Assembly (NCBI GenBank): GCA_905178155.1
Contig: CAJINV010000004.1
Location: 2,916,460 to 2,980,459 of the forward strand
Source of the DNA: Amoebophrya sp. A120
Taxonomy: Eukaryota > Protista > Dinoflagellata
Direction of reading: 5' to 3'
Length of the DNA: 64,000 nucleotides
Both the position numbers and the translations under genes were made by a program. Shown one piece after another: positions 11,410 through 23,856 of this stretch; position 1 is the first letter of the stretch; every line of letters begins with the position of its first letter. The notes beneath the pieces are model-generated. The model had not been told where the DNA came from. It made no database searches and saw nothing but the letters and a program-made list of their open reading frames with translations.

Positions 11410-12615
11410 ATCTCCTCCCCTCATATGAAGCCACTCGTCGAACACATCGAATTGCTGGACCGTCCAAGCCCCGTATCAAAGAGAAAACTAAGGAGCATGG
11501 TCCCACGTACAGTCAGTCAACACGATGCTACTAATGGTCCTACAATACAAATTCTGGCACCACTGGCTGCTCTGATACAGAAACAGGCAAAGATATGACA
11601 TGCATGGGCGGAGGAAAAAGCGACCTTCTGTGCCGGCCTAGCAATACTGTTACTGCTGCGACGAGCAAATTAAATGCAAATGGACCGCATGCGAATAAGA
11701 AGGACCACAGACTGACAAAGTGGAAACGGACAGCGGCAGCGCGCTCCTATAGTTATCCATGGCTTGCTCGGGCTAATACGGGCGAGGACGTGAGGATCAC
11801 ATCAATCGGGTATTTCTCCGCAGATTCTTTACCGAGGGTTACAGTTTGCCAAATCTGGTACGTGCCGTCATCGATGTGTTTCTGAATCTTTTGCCCCTGA
11901 GTCAGTTCGCGGTGATCCTCCATGATTTTTCTTTCTGGCACTTCTACTTTTTTTTTGCCTACTAGAGTTTGATGCCTGAAATCTGTTCGACTCTAAGCCT
12001 TAGAGTTAGACTGAACCTGTTCGACCCCTACTAGAATTTACTTATCAATATTCGGTAAAGGTGAAGGTGTATAGAATCCCAAATGCAATCCAAATCTATA
12101 ACTTCTCGTCCACGACAGGTACGAAAGAGCCTGCGCGACAAGAATTCTTGCCTTGTCAAATAAGTCTGTGATGAACATAGCGCAACGGTTTTCGTTGACT
12201 TTTTGTAGTTTGGCTTTCGTCGCTCGCATGTCAACATATTAAAGGCGAAGAAACTGTCAACAGACTAGCATCCGTCCTCTCTTCTCCGGCATGTCTCGAT
12301 GAAGCCAATTTCGGTGGTACTTGTTCAGCACAAACGCACTCGTCTCGTTTCGCTCAGCCTCCGGAGCGAAACTTCTCTCGCCTCAGCCTCCGGAAAAAAT
12401 GCGGTCTGTCTTTTGTATGCGTCCTTCTCTCGTGGTTGATATTGTTAGACAAACGAAAACAAAAGCTCGACTATATCGCTCGTCGGTGCCCTTTTTTCAG
12501 CAATCACTGTTTTTCACGAACGACGAACTAAAAAAAAAATCGTTTTGAGGTGTGCGTGTGATGTTCTGTAATTATCAACATCCTGTTCGGCACTGGGAAC
12601 ACGGACAAAGAACAT

Positions 12616-14330
12616 CCGGGGAAAAATGGCTGCTAACAAAGATCACCGAGCTTCCGGGGAAAAATGGCTGCTAAACCAAATGGCAGCCATTTTCCCCCGG
12701 CTCGTGAAGGGGAAGTACAGGGCGAAAATGGCTGCTAAACCAAATAGCAGCCATTTTGCCCAGCAGGTGGCTCTACCGCAAAGAGCAATTATTTTTCCAT
12801 CCGCGAATTTTCAAAATCTTATTTTTATCGCGTTCGAAAAACCGCGAAACTTCAAAAATTTATTTTTATCACCGGTAAAAAAAAGCACTACACTTATTTT
12901 GTCGGTGGATGGGCGGGTAGGCAAGGAGGACTGGCCGGTCACATGGACCGGCATCACCTTCCGGTGAAAAATGGCTGCTAAACCAAATAGCAGCCATTTT
13001 TCACCTGCTCCTCAAGGGGAGCTCCTAGGGAAAAATGGCTGCTAAACCAAATAGCAGCCATTTTTCACCTGTTCTTCAACGGGAGCTTCCGGGGAAAAAT
13101 GGCTGCTAAACCAAATAGCAGCCATTTTTCACCTGCTCTTCAAGGGGAGCTTCCGGGGAAAAATGGCTGCTAAACCAAATAGCAGCCATTTTTCACCTGC
13201 TCTTCAAGGGGAACTTCCGGGGAAAAATGGCTGCTAAACCAAATAGCAGCCATTTTTCCCCTGCTCTTCAAGGGGAGCTTCCGGGGAAAAATGGCTGCTA
13301 AACCAAATAGCAGCCATTTTTCACCTGCTCTTCAAGGGGAACTTCCGGGGAAAAATGGCTGCTAAACCAAATAGCAGCCATTTTTCCCCGGCTCGTCAAG
13401 GTGCAGGGCGAAAATGGCTGCTAAACCAAATAGCAGCCATTTTGCCCCGCAGGTGGTTCTACCGCAAAGAGCAATTATTTTTCCATCCGCGAATTTTCAA
13501 AATTTTATTTTTATCGCGTTCGAAAAACCGCGAAACTTCAAAAATTTATTTTTATCACCGGTAAAAAAAAGCAATACACTTATTTTGTCGGTGGATGGGC
13601 GGGTAGGCAAGGAGGACTGGCCGGTCACATGGACCGGCATCACCTTCCGGTGAAAAATGGCTGCTAAACCAAATAGCAGCCATTTTTCACCTGCTCCTCA
13701 AGGGGAGCTCCTAGGGAAAAATGGCTGCTAAACCAAATAGCAGCCATTTTTCACCTGTTCTTCAACGGGAGCTTCCGGGGAAAAATGGCTGCTAAACCAA
13801 ATAGCAGCCATTTTTCACCTGCTCTTCAAGGGGAGCTTCCGGGGAAAAATGGCTGCTAAACCAAATAGCAGCCATTTTTCACCTGCTCTTCAAGGGGAAC
13901 TTCCGGGGAAAAATGGCTGCTAAACCAAATAGCAGCCATTTTTCCCCTGCTCTTCAAGGGGAGCTTCCGGGGAAAAATGGCTGCTAAACCAAATAGCAGC
14001 CATTTTTCCCCGCCTCGTCAAGGGGAAGCGCAGGGCGAAAATGGCTGCTAAACCAAATAGCAGCCATTTTGCCGAGGTGCGTCTACCGGAAAGAGCAACT
14101 ATTTTTCCATCCGCGAATTTTCAAAATTCTATTTTTATCGCCTCCAAAAAACCGCGAAACTTTAAAAATTTATTTTTATTGCCGGTAAAAAAAAGCACTA
14201 CACTTATTTTGTCGGTGGGTGGGCGGGTAGGCAAGGTGGACTGGCCGGTCACCTGGACCGGCCTCACCTTCCGGTGAAAAATGGCTGCTAAACCAAATAG
14301 CAGCCATTTTTTCCCGGCTCTTCAAGCGGA
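12616..14330. repeat. Higher-order tandem array of 37-bp palindromes (64-bp period) with three ~205-bp spacer units
   Basis: 18 full copies plus 1 partial of GAAAAATGGCTGCTA-AACCAAA-TAGCAGCCATTTTTC, in blocks of 2/8/7/1. Blocks are separated by near-identical long units at about 12760, 13445 and 14070. Confidence 0.95.
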
Positions 14331-14665
14331 AGTCGGCGGAGTTGCATGTTGTAGTTCCCTGTGCAGATGGAGGGCTCAAAGTTTGTGACGAACAAGCTGA
14401 CGAAAGTCGCGGCTGCGCGAAATTTTGGTGTCTCCATTGTTTCATATGTGCAGATGGGGTCCTTAAGGAAACTTTCCCACTTCGGCTTCGACTTCACGGT
14501 AATATTCACCTACATCAGCTAGCTATAGCTTCGCTTTAGTACATACTGTTGTTTGATGGTCCTCGTTGTGTGACAACTCTGTTATATTGGTGGCTCTGTT
14601 TTTGTGCAATTGAAATGCTTGGAATCAGGTGGCGAAGTTGAAACACCTCAACCAACCCGCACCAA

Positions 14666-17600
14666 TCAAATGCGCAACTCCAAGACGGGCGCGTCTGCTT
14701 CCTCGTCGTGGTCCTCGATTATTGCAGAGGCGGAAGAAAAATGTTGCTCGGTATCGTCATGACTTGAAATGGCTTCCTCAGGACCAGCTGACGCCTCTTG
14801 GTGTTCCTTTATCCCTCCGTTTGTCGTCGTCTCACCGGACGAACACTTGGCTCCTTTACCGGCAGCAGCTGCATTTACTCTGGCACCACTCCTAGTACCT
14901 CTACATGGCTCATCTTCGTGCACAAGAAACAGACTCGGGTCGACGAAAGGCACTACGTTCTGCGCATGATCCGTGGTCCTCCCGGAGGTGGTGGAGCGGC
15001 TAGTCTCGCAACTACAACGATGGCCTTCGTCTACTTCATGACGGTAAAACTGACCTCCCAACACCCTAGAATTTTCGTTTTCCTCCCCCGCAGCACCAGT
15101 CGATGCAAGTTTTCCGGAGCCGAAAATAGCAGAAGAGAAAGGCGCGGCGGTTGTTGTTCCTGCCTTTCTTGTGCCGCGGTATGGAAATAAGTCGTCTTGT
15201 TTCGACGTCGTTGTACTAGCGTTAGTAAAAGGTCGCATGATCCTACTTGCATCTTCAGGCTGACTACTATCTAGTGGTGCTGCTCCTCCGTGTAGTGTTT
15301 GTTCCCCTGATGAAGTAAATTGGTCAGCACCTCCTCCTCCTGCTGCCACTTCCAGTTCTCCATCTCTCCCACGGCCCTCCCGATCTTCCTCCAGCTTTTC
15401 CCTTTCCGCGCACAAAGCGTACTTCCGATCCCGGTCCCGCAGCAGCTGCACCATTTTTTTCTTCTTCCGGGCCACACTGGACCCCCGGGCGCGGTGGCGG
15501 TGCGAAAATTTCTGCACGCCGTTCACGCACAGCTCCCAGGGCATCATGCTGGGTCGGCGGAACAGTTTAACGCCCTTGGGCACGTGCACCGCGAACTCCT
15601 TGCTGCCGAACCCGCTGACGGCCACCCAACCAAGCCCGGCGATCGCAATGTCGTCCCACGTATCCAGGAAAAAACACCCACTTCCATTGAATTTGTCATG
15701 CAATTCATGCGTAAGTTCCTTTGTTTGTCCTGCAAAAAATGGATGGGTGTTTTTTCCTGGATACCATGCGCGGTGGTTACTGCCGAAGACACGGACGTTG
15801 TGCTTCACAAAGTCGAACTTCGCAAACGTTTCCTTCAGGTGCGGCGGGTAGAAAAAGGACCCCGCCTTCCGCTCCATCGCGTCTTCGGCTTTGCCCGTGT
15901 TGCACACGTGCAAAGTCACGTTTTTCGAGAAGAAGCACGTCACAAACGCGAAGGTGCTCGGCTCCAGCAGGTCAATCCGGGCGAGGGCGCCAATGATCAA
16001 GCTGCGCCCGGGTTTCAGTGCGTATGTGACCGGCTGGAGCTGCGAACGGGGGACTACATCGTACAGGTCTTGCAGACAGTGTTGCGGAAGATTGGTATTT
16101 CCACCGTCAGCAGAACCCTCAAGCTGCTGCTGACTGCCACCCGGCAGCAACTTGCTCGTCATCTGGTGCGTGGAGGGGACGCCTGGTGTGTCGATGAGCT
16201 TGAAATTTCGGGGCAGGGAAAACGACAAGAAATGCGCAGTTGTCCCAGGTAAGGGGGCGCGGGTGATGCCTCCGCAACCCCGCTTCCAGTCGATCGTCGG
16301 AAGGTGTCGATATCCGATGTACTTCAGATATGCAATGCAGATGTTGTAGTATTTTTCAAGTATTCGTCGTACTACTGTTCGCTGCAATCATCCTGCAACA
16401 CAAATTCAAATCAAATCTTCTACCACCTAATGGTAATGCTCATCCATGCTACTCTGTAGCATGACTAAAATTCCAAATTCACATGCGGATCATATATACA
16501 ACTTCTTCATCATTCATAGCAGAAACCGCTCGACAAACGTCGTCTTTCCGGCGTTCACCCGGCCCGTCACGTAGATGTGCTTCTTGTTCTCGATTTCCAT
16601 TTGCTGTTCGGGCGTTAAGAGCTGCAAACCGTTTTCTTTTTTACCGGATGACGACAATGTCGTAGTACTGAAGATATCGTCCTGATGATCACTAACACCA
16701 CCAGTGTTAATAGCGGTCTTTCCTGCCGACAGTTGGTACTTCTTGACACTTCTATTGCGGCCCTGGTCATGCTCATGCTCATCTTCATCATTCCTCGTCC
16801 CACTTCTCTTCTCCTCTTCCTGGTCCAGTGCGTCTGCGATGTAGTACTTGAGGCGCTCTTCCAGCTGGTCAAAATTCCGCTCCGTCGCGGCGGACACGAG
16901 CACGACATCGGCAGACTTCACGTTTCGCACCTGCCGTGCCATGTGCCGCACCCACAGCTTGATCCGCTGCTCGTTGGCTTTCGCGGGAAGTAAATCCAAC
17001 TTGTTCAAGACGAACAAGACGGAGCAGTGGCGGTTCCGGCAGGCCACGTAGAGTTCCGGACAGAGACTCGCTTCGAAATCCAACAGGTCGACGACCTGCA
17101 GCACGACGGAGTGCGGCCGGATCTGCTGCACGATTTTGTCCACAATCTCGTTGGGGTGCTTGTACAAAGCCCCCGTCTCCTCGTCGACCTTGTAAAAGGG
17201 ATTTTGCAACATGGAAATTGGGGAAATCATCGCCGCAGTGGTTGTTTTCTTCCTGGCGCGTTCTACTTGCGGAGGTTTCTCTTTCTTCATATTCTCGTTC
17301 AACTGTCGTGGTACATCGGAAGGGCCGCGGGCCGCACGAGTGGTGTCTGTTATGGTGCGATCTACTGCGACATCACTAGCATCATGCTGCCTCGTTTTTG
17401 ATTCATTGTCATTTTCATTGCTTCTCTTGGTTTCCGCACACTCGGTGTTCTGGACCACTTCCTTTCCCTGACGACTTCCAGGCTCTTTCTCCTCATCTCC
17501 TAACAGTTCTTTATTCCCTCGGCATGTTGATGGCGTCGGCAGCGGCGGCAGGCACTTGTACTGCTGCAGCCGCCAGCAGCGCTGACAGACCAGCAACCTG

Positions 17601-18928
17601 GTCACCTGGCGAAAGCGGTTCTGGTCGTTTCGCGTTACTTCGACGCCATAGGGGACGTCGTCCACGGGTAAGCCCCGCGGGTGCTTCAGAATCCGCTTCC
17701 GGCCGCCGTTGTACTGCGCGCGAATGTGCGCGTCCACGTATCCGGGCTCCGAGGGGCTGCTGGACTGAAACCTGGACCCGCATCCGAGACACCGCTTTGG
17801 CGTCGTGAGCGGCTGCTGCGACGCGAAGGACGCCGTGGCGAAGGGATGGGACGAGAAGGAAGTTGTGGAGCTTCCGGAAGTCGCAGTCAGATCCGCAGCA
17901 CCCTGACACTGTCCATCTTCCGTTCGTTCATCACTTTGGTCAACAGCAGCACGACGATGCATCGACATACTTAAATCTCTGTTTCTGATAATTTCCTCGG
18001 TCGTGCTGGCACTTGCACGAGAGGAAAAATCGCCTCCGCAAGATGTTGAAGTACTAGACGAGCTTGTGGTGCCTATCCCGTAACTTTCGCCGGTAGCAAA
18101 GTCCTCCTCGTACCGCTGGAGCTGTTCGGGATCAACAACTTCCTCATCTTCAGTGCGCTTTTTCCCTTTACTATTCCAAAGACCTCCATGGGAATCCTTG
18201 TTCCTATTTCTACGGAGAAGGTAAGGATCTTCATCTTCCGCAACGGCAATAGTTCTGCCCTGACCGCTCCGCAAATAACGGTCGTATCCGTGTTTAGGTC
18301 CTCGCACGTTGGAGGTTCTTGCATCTGCAGGAGTAGAACTAGACTCTTCGACATATGGTTGATCGTGCTGCTGCAATGGCGGCGGATTTATCCTGCTGCT
18401 GCTGCTGCTTGCTTTTTCATATGTAAACATCGCTCTTCCATGATCTCTCCCTTCATCGTTCGAAACTCGTGATCGTCCTCCGCTACTTCCACGAGCTTCT
18501 TGTCCAGCATGTGCAGCAACATGATGTCCAGTGCTGCCGGACGAGGACCCCCCGCTATTACGAAGAAGACCACTTGTAGCTACAGGTGTGTCCAATGCGG
18601 AGAGCGCGTCACCCTCGTGCTCACAACCGGGTTGTTGAGCGAGTGAAGAGACCGCGCGACAAGACCTGTGCACCACCAGATGGGAGGGGCTAGTTGTAGT
18701 GCAGCAAGATGGACACGAAACTGGTGCGACACGACAGGTCGAATACGACGACGAAGAGGTAGAGGAGGAGCTGCTAGAAGATGTTGAAGTAACCCCAGCC
18801 ACAACTCCGTTCGACGCAATGCTGCAGCATACGGAAGATGCCCGACGACTCAGCGGAGGTCGTCCTAATGATCCAGGAAAATTTCTCGGAATCGCGGCTC
18901 CTGCTCTCATCGTTACCACGTTCATCAA
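14666..18928 (-). CDS. NOA1: Circularly permuted GTPase, NOA1/YqeH family (organellar ribosome biogenesis)
   Basis: Zn finger CLGCG...PGY...CQRC; VVDLLDFEAS; G4 NKLDLLP; G5 VSA; G1 GRVNAGKTT; G2 PGTT; G3 DTPG; C-terminal DIAIAGLGW. Two introners join ORFs 16514-18928 and 14666-16387. Confidence 0.9.
15661..15763. mobile_element. Introner (108-nt, in-frame, stop-free)
   Basis: CCACG|TATCCAGGAAAAAACACCCA...TGGGTGTTTTTTCCTGGATA|CCATG, a perfect 20-bp TIR. Removal restores HRAWDDIAIAGLGW; the intron can be read GT...TG. Confidence 0.9.
16329..16518. mobile_element. Introner (degenerate TIR)
   Basis: TCAGA|TATGCAATGCAGATGTTGTA...TACAACTTCTTCATCATTCATA|GCAGA. Removal joins GKTTFVERFL to KYIGYRHL. 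Confidence 0.8.
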
Positions 18929-19690
18929 GAGAAAGGAAAAGAGCGCCCCTGCAGTTTACCCTGTGGCGGTACCTTTTTTATCGAAACATAGATGGCTAAG
19001 TTGATGTACCATCAAGAAGCGCGATAAATGCAGACATGGATGGTCGTACAGAATCAACTACAACTTCTATTCGTAAACAGATTGCGCCAAATCAGAGCCA
19101 CACCCAGAACAACTACAACGAAGAGACCCAGAAATAGATCCGTATTTCTCTCTCTGCGTGCCTCGGCTTCCGGTGGAGGCAGTCTCGATGGACAATTTCA
19201 AAATTCGCTTGTCCACCTGCTTACGATGATCGGCGGATAAAACGCGAAGGACCACTGAGATGATCGCTTTCTCGAAAGGCCACGATCCACTGCTTCCAAT
19301 CTGACAACTTCATTGAACGTACAAGATCGCTTCATTGCTCTTTACAAAAGAGCTGAGCAGCTGTAGATCTGAATATCTACTGCTGTTCGGCCGAAGATCA
19401 CGCGGATCACAAAACAAAACGAGAGATGAAAAAAGAAAACGAATGATCGCAGCCAGGAGCTTTCCGTCTGTACTTTGGAATTTCTGTTTTCCTTTTCCAC
19501 GAAAATGCTGGCGAACAGGAGAAATTTTCATTTTGTTCCAGCCGCGGTGCAGCCCGCTGGTAGGAGTAGTGTGCTATCCTTCCTTTGCTAGAGAGGAACA
19601 TGTACGACCATCACACCACGGTCTCTCTGTCTTGCAGAAATTCTTGACGCTGCATCATGGAAAAGAAAAACTCAAAAGTAAACCCCCGCC

Positions 19691-20542
19691 TTACGGCATT
19701 TCCAGGTCCTTTTTCTGTACGCACATGCCCTCCACGTAGTCTGGTTCATACGGCTTGGTGCTTTCAAAAATCCGCACCCGCCCGATGCACTGCGGTACGC
19801 AGGAATTGCAGGGGAGCTGCAGCATCTGCTTCTTCTCGCCGCCACCGTGCCACACGCACAAGCACTGCCCGTCGTTGATCTCGACATTGGTTCCCGCACA
19901 GGCTAAGCTGTGTCGCTCGCACTCTGCGCAGGAGGAAACGTAGGCTTTCGTCGTGTCCAGCAGAACGCCCTGACTGATAAACGCGGTCTTGCGGACGCCG
20001 AGTAACAGCTGGTCCTTCTCTGTCACCGTGCACTGGTCGGCGACGAGAATCTCGCTTTTCGTCGCGCTGCGCGTGTTTGTCTCCGAACGCGGACAGCCGC
20101 AAGCGCGTTTCTGCCGCTGGAGGGAAGATGTGCGCAGTTTTTTGGTGGAGGTAGAGGTGGAGGATAAGCCCGAAGCAGTTTGCAGCAGGGAAAGAGGAGA
20201 TTTCGATTTCTTTCCGTCTGCATCTTCTTCTAAAACATCATCGTGTTGTATTACTTCACTCGTGCTGCTGCACACTTGTCCGCAGAAGTCCGCCCCAGAA
20301 TCTTTATGTGCTGGCTCCAACCGTTTCAAGAGACGACGCAAATACCCGAAGCTCTTATCGTTTTTCGATTGGTCACCAACGTCGAGAGCGGCAACGAAAG
20401 GCGTCGTGCCCGGGAGGGTGTGGGTCGTGGCGCTCCACCAGTTCCAGTTGTAGGCACAGATGGCCAAATAAAGCCGCGGTGGAAGGACGAAAAACATTTT
20501 TCGACAAGAGAGTGTCATACTCACCTTCTCCGGCCCCGACAC
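19691..20542 (-). CDS. Hypothetical protein (upstream exons not resolved)
   Basis: 283-aa ORF on the same strand as its neighbours, with Cys-containing segments; no family recognised. Confidence 0.45.
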   Translation of the reverse strand: MSGPEKVSMTLSCRKMFFVLPPRLYLAICAYNWNWWSATTHTLPGTTPFVAALDVGDQSKNDKSFGYLRRLLKRLEPAHKDSGADFCGQVCSSTSEVIQHDDVLEEDADGKKSKSPLSLLQTASGLSSTSTSTKKLRTSSLQRQKRACGCPRSETNTRSATKSEILVADQCTVTEKDQLLLGVRKTAFISQGVLLDTTKAYVSSCAECERHSLACAGTNVEINDGQCLCVWHGGGEKKQMLQLPCNSCVPQCIGRVRIFESTKPYEPDYVEGMCVQKKDLEMP

Positions 20543-21203
20543 CCCGTAAGAACGGGTCGACTTCTGACGAGTCAGGTGTCAGGATCTCGACCTCAGAAAC
20601 GCGGACCTGGTGCACATTTTGACTAGTGCGGACCGAACTCGGACGCCGAGCTGGCGCCGCGGCCGCCAGGGTGTCCACTACAGTAACTGGGACGACTACT
20701 TACAGGGGGTTTTATGAAGCCAATGGAGAGATGAAACGGTGAAAGGGGTTTCAACAGCTGACTTTCACTTTTCTTCAGATGCGGAAGGCAAAAGTTCTTG
20801 TGCGCACTTCTTATGTTCTTGTAGAGAACACGCCACGGACAAGGCACTTGCGCAGTCTACCAATCAGCAGGTGCAGGGTAGGTAGTATTTCAGCTGCGAC
20901 TGCCACGACTAGCTTACTTCCGTTTGCGGCGCTGACAACCACGACATTGAGTGCAGTTCATGTTGAACTGATTGCAGTTGCTGTATGATCCGCATCGCCC
21001 TGCTCGCTCCAGAACCACAGACGAGTTTCTCTTGCGATTCGCGATTTTTGCAAAATCGAAAATGTGGATCACCACGGCCACCTCAATCATCCATGTGGTT
21101 TCCGCTTCATTCCAGTTGCGTCGTCGAAAACACAGCTGGGATTTTCAGCGTTGGAACTACTAACGACCTTGACCCTCTTTCAACAGCTGATGAAGTAAGC
21201 ACG

Positions 21204-23856
21204 TTACGCTGCACTCGTCGGCGTCGTGTAGTCGGCCTGCTCGTGGTCCTCTCCTCTTCCCGTCAACCCACCACCTAAAAAACCCGCACTTTTACTCCGC
21301 TGCTCACTCGCGAGCCGCTCTAGAATCTTCGACGGCGGCAAATTCGCGTCGACCCGGAGTTCCACACACAGCGTCTTCCAGAAGTTTTTCAGCTCATGTA
21401 GCCGAGCGAAGACCGTGTTCATCGCGGGCAACACCCCTTCGAGTTCCTTCACGTCAAACAGCTGCATGAAGTGCCGCACAATCTTCATGACCAAATCCTG
21501 GCTGCTCTGCAAGTCCACGTCGACCTCCGCGAAAAACTTCTTCGTTTGCAGAATTCGGTTTTCGAACTCCACCAATCCCTGCACTGCGAGCAGGATCTCG
21601 TCCCGCGTCTTCTCCGTCTGTATTTTGTCTTTGCGCATCCTCTCCAGCGCGGTCAGGGTTGCAGAAGGCATGTTGGGGTTGTTCTCGCTGGAAGATAGAG
21701 ATGATTTCAGATTTTTATCGCCGGTTGTCAGTAAGTTCTTCCTGACCTTCTCTCCCCCGATCAAACCGTCGATCGCCTCGTCAACAAGCTGGGCGTTCCG
21801 CACCAGCGACGGCCCGCCGAGAACCTTGCCGCCAGTGGACCGTCGGGTGGCCAGGGCGGCGAGAAGATCTGATAAAAATGCCGTAATATGACACCAAAAA
21901 CGAAATAAAACTGCTAAATGACGTGAACGTGATTGGAATTTGGCATGCACGCATGCGCGGGAAACGAAGATGCCCAAATTTGTATTGCATAGCATGCATG
22001 ATAGAGAAAATTTGTTACTTATGCATCATGATGATGGGCATGCGTTATACCTTCGAAGAATTTGAACCAGTGTTCCAGGCTCATGGCATCGAGCTTCCAC
22101 TTGCGGATTTTCTTTACCAGCATGTCTTGGTCGACGTAGTCGTTTTCCTCGTCCAGACAGTCCCCGAAATCGCGAAAGCGCGCCCGAAACGCGGCGACGC
22201 CGCTGCCCCCCGCGCCGCCGCCCGTCGAGCCGCCGGACCCGAGCCCGGCGCCCGCGTAGATGCGGTAGATTTCCTCGGCAAACGCCCGGAGGTTGGGAAG
22301 ATATCCTGTGCAAAAGTATCGCACTCGTAGTAATCCCAGTCATGCATTACAAATCTCCATCCCAAGGCAAAACAGCATGACAAATTCCATTTGCCATGCT
22401 GGGCCAACTTGTAATGCAATTACTACTAGTACGAGGACTACGATACTTTTGCAATGCATAGAAGACTTCGCTCCACCATCTTGCACATCATCTCGATCGC
22501 CTTCTCGCCCTCCTGCAGGTCGGCCAGCTTCAGCTGCATCAGCACCGCGGTACAGAACCGCCGCAGTTCGATCGGGTCCAGGTGCTCCAGCTCCGGCAGA
22601 TTCTTCATTTTGCGCCGCCGGTTCAGCGAATGCAGCTTGCGGTCGGCGTCCATCATGGTTCGCGGGTCCGCCTTCTTCCACGTCTGTTTCACCTGCCCGG
22701 AGGGGTCGCGCGCTCGCTGCAGCTCGGCACCTAGGGGGAGATGCGAGGTAGATGCAGTAGAGTAGAGCTAGATTCTGCAGAACAGAATATGAACATACAA
22801 GAAGAGAAGACCGAAAGCTTTAGCTTGTGATAAGTCAGCTAGTACATGTACAACATGTTGACTACAGCAAAACATGACTAGTACGCATGGTCGCGATGTC
22901 CCGATGCGAGGGTCGCTCGATCAATTCCTGCTCGAGCTGGTGGATAATCCGGTCCTTGGTCCGGATCTCCTCCAAAAACGTCGTGCGTTCCTCTTCCCAC
23001 TGCTTCAGTCCGCGCAAATACTGCTCCCGCTCGTCCTGCAGCTGTCGGCGCAACGTAGCCATCGTCGTATCGCGGTCCCGTTGCGGCCAATCGTCGCGGC
23101 TGGACGTTGCGGGAACGAAACCAGAGGAACATCCGGATGCCGTTTGGGTCGGAAGTTGTACGGGGCCTTCTGTCACGTACACAGGGGCCGGGTTTGTTCG
23201 AGGAAGGGCTGATGTGTCGTAGGCGGTATACGCTGCTCCTGCGGTACGACCTTCATGGGCATGGGTTTAAACTACACAATTTTTAGCGGCAGCCGCAACA
23301 TTTATTTGGTCGAGACAGGCAATTCTTGCCACTTTTTTCGTGTCATGGAGACTGCACTGAAATCGCTCCACCTTTTTTTGCTCTACTGTACTTGATGAAC
23401 ATACACATGGATGACATAAGTACCTGAAGCACCGCCGCCCCCAGATCCTAGGCCTGTTTGAAGGTAAGACCCTCCTTGTGCCATAGCTGCACTTCCCGAC
23501 GACATGGTGTAACCCCTGGTCGGAGCAGCGCCGGCACTCGCAGCAGAAAGCGGCACAGCTGCCCCCGCCTCCCCACCTCCGGCCGGAAGTGCAGTGCCTG
23601 TAGCTCCTCCAGCACCCTGTGGTATTTCTTGCCCTAGAAGTTGCTGGCGCAATTCGAATTCAGGCGTGATTTGTGTGAACTCCGTGCCCCGGTGGGCGTA
23701 TTCCTTGGCGTACCGAAGCCGCTGCCGCTCCAGCACCGCGGCGATTTCGGGGTCATCGCGAAACGAGGACTCATCACTCGACGAACTACTGCTGGATGGC
23801 GAAGAGCGGTCGCTTTGAGTCGGCGCGGGTTGTCGTTCTTGCGGTGCAGTAGACAT
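21204..23856 (-). CDS. CEP70: CEP70-like centrosomal/basal-body coiled-coil protein
   Basis: C-terminal HFMQLFDVKELEGVLPAMNTVFARLHELKN resembles the CEP70 C-terminal motif. GT-AG introns at 21869-22050, 22731-22884 and 23251-23423 plus the introner at 22302-22460 give a continuous frame. Confidence 0.7.
22302..22460. mobile_element. Introner, family A (159 bp)
   Basis: GAAGA|TATCCTGTGCAAAAGTATCG...CGATACTTTTGCAATGCATA|GAAGA. Highly similar to 37743-37901; removal gives ERSLPNLRAF. Confidence 0.92.

Noticed and set aside
12626-14277. Repeated ORFs MAAKPNSSHF... in the array
   Set aside because: They are by-products of the ATG in the palindrome arm; the 64-bp period breaks the frame and introduces stops.
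12616-14330. CRISPR array (palindromic repeats at regular spacing)
   Set aside because: The linkers are near-identical rather than unique spacers, there are no cas genes, and the context is eukaryotic and intron-rich.
15320-16252. Long plus-strand ORFs opposite genes (e.g. 310 aa here, 204 aa at 39654)
   Set aside because: These are antisense shadows of GC3-rich coding exons.
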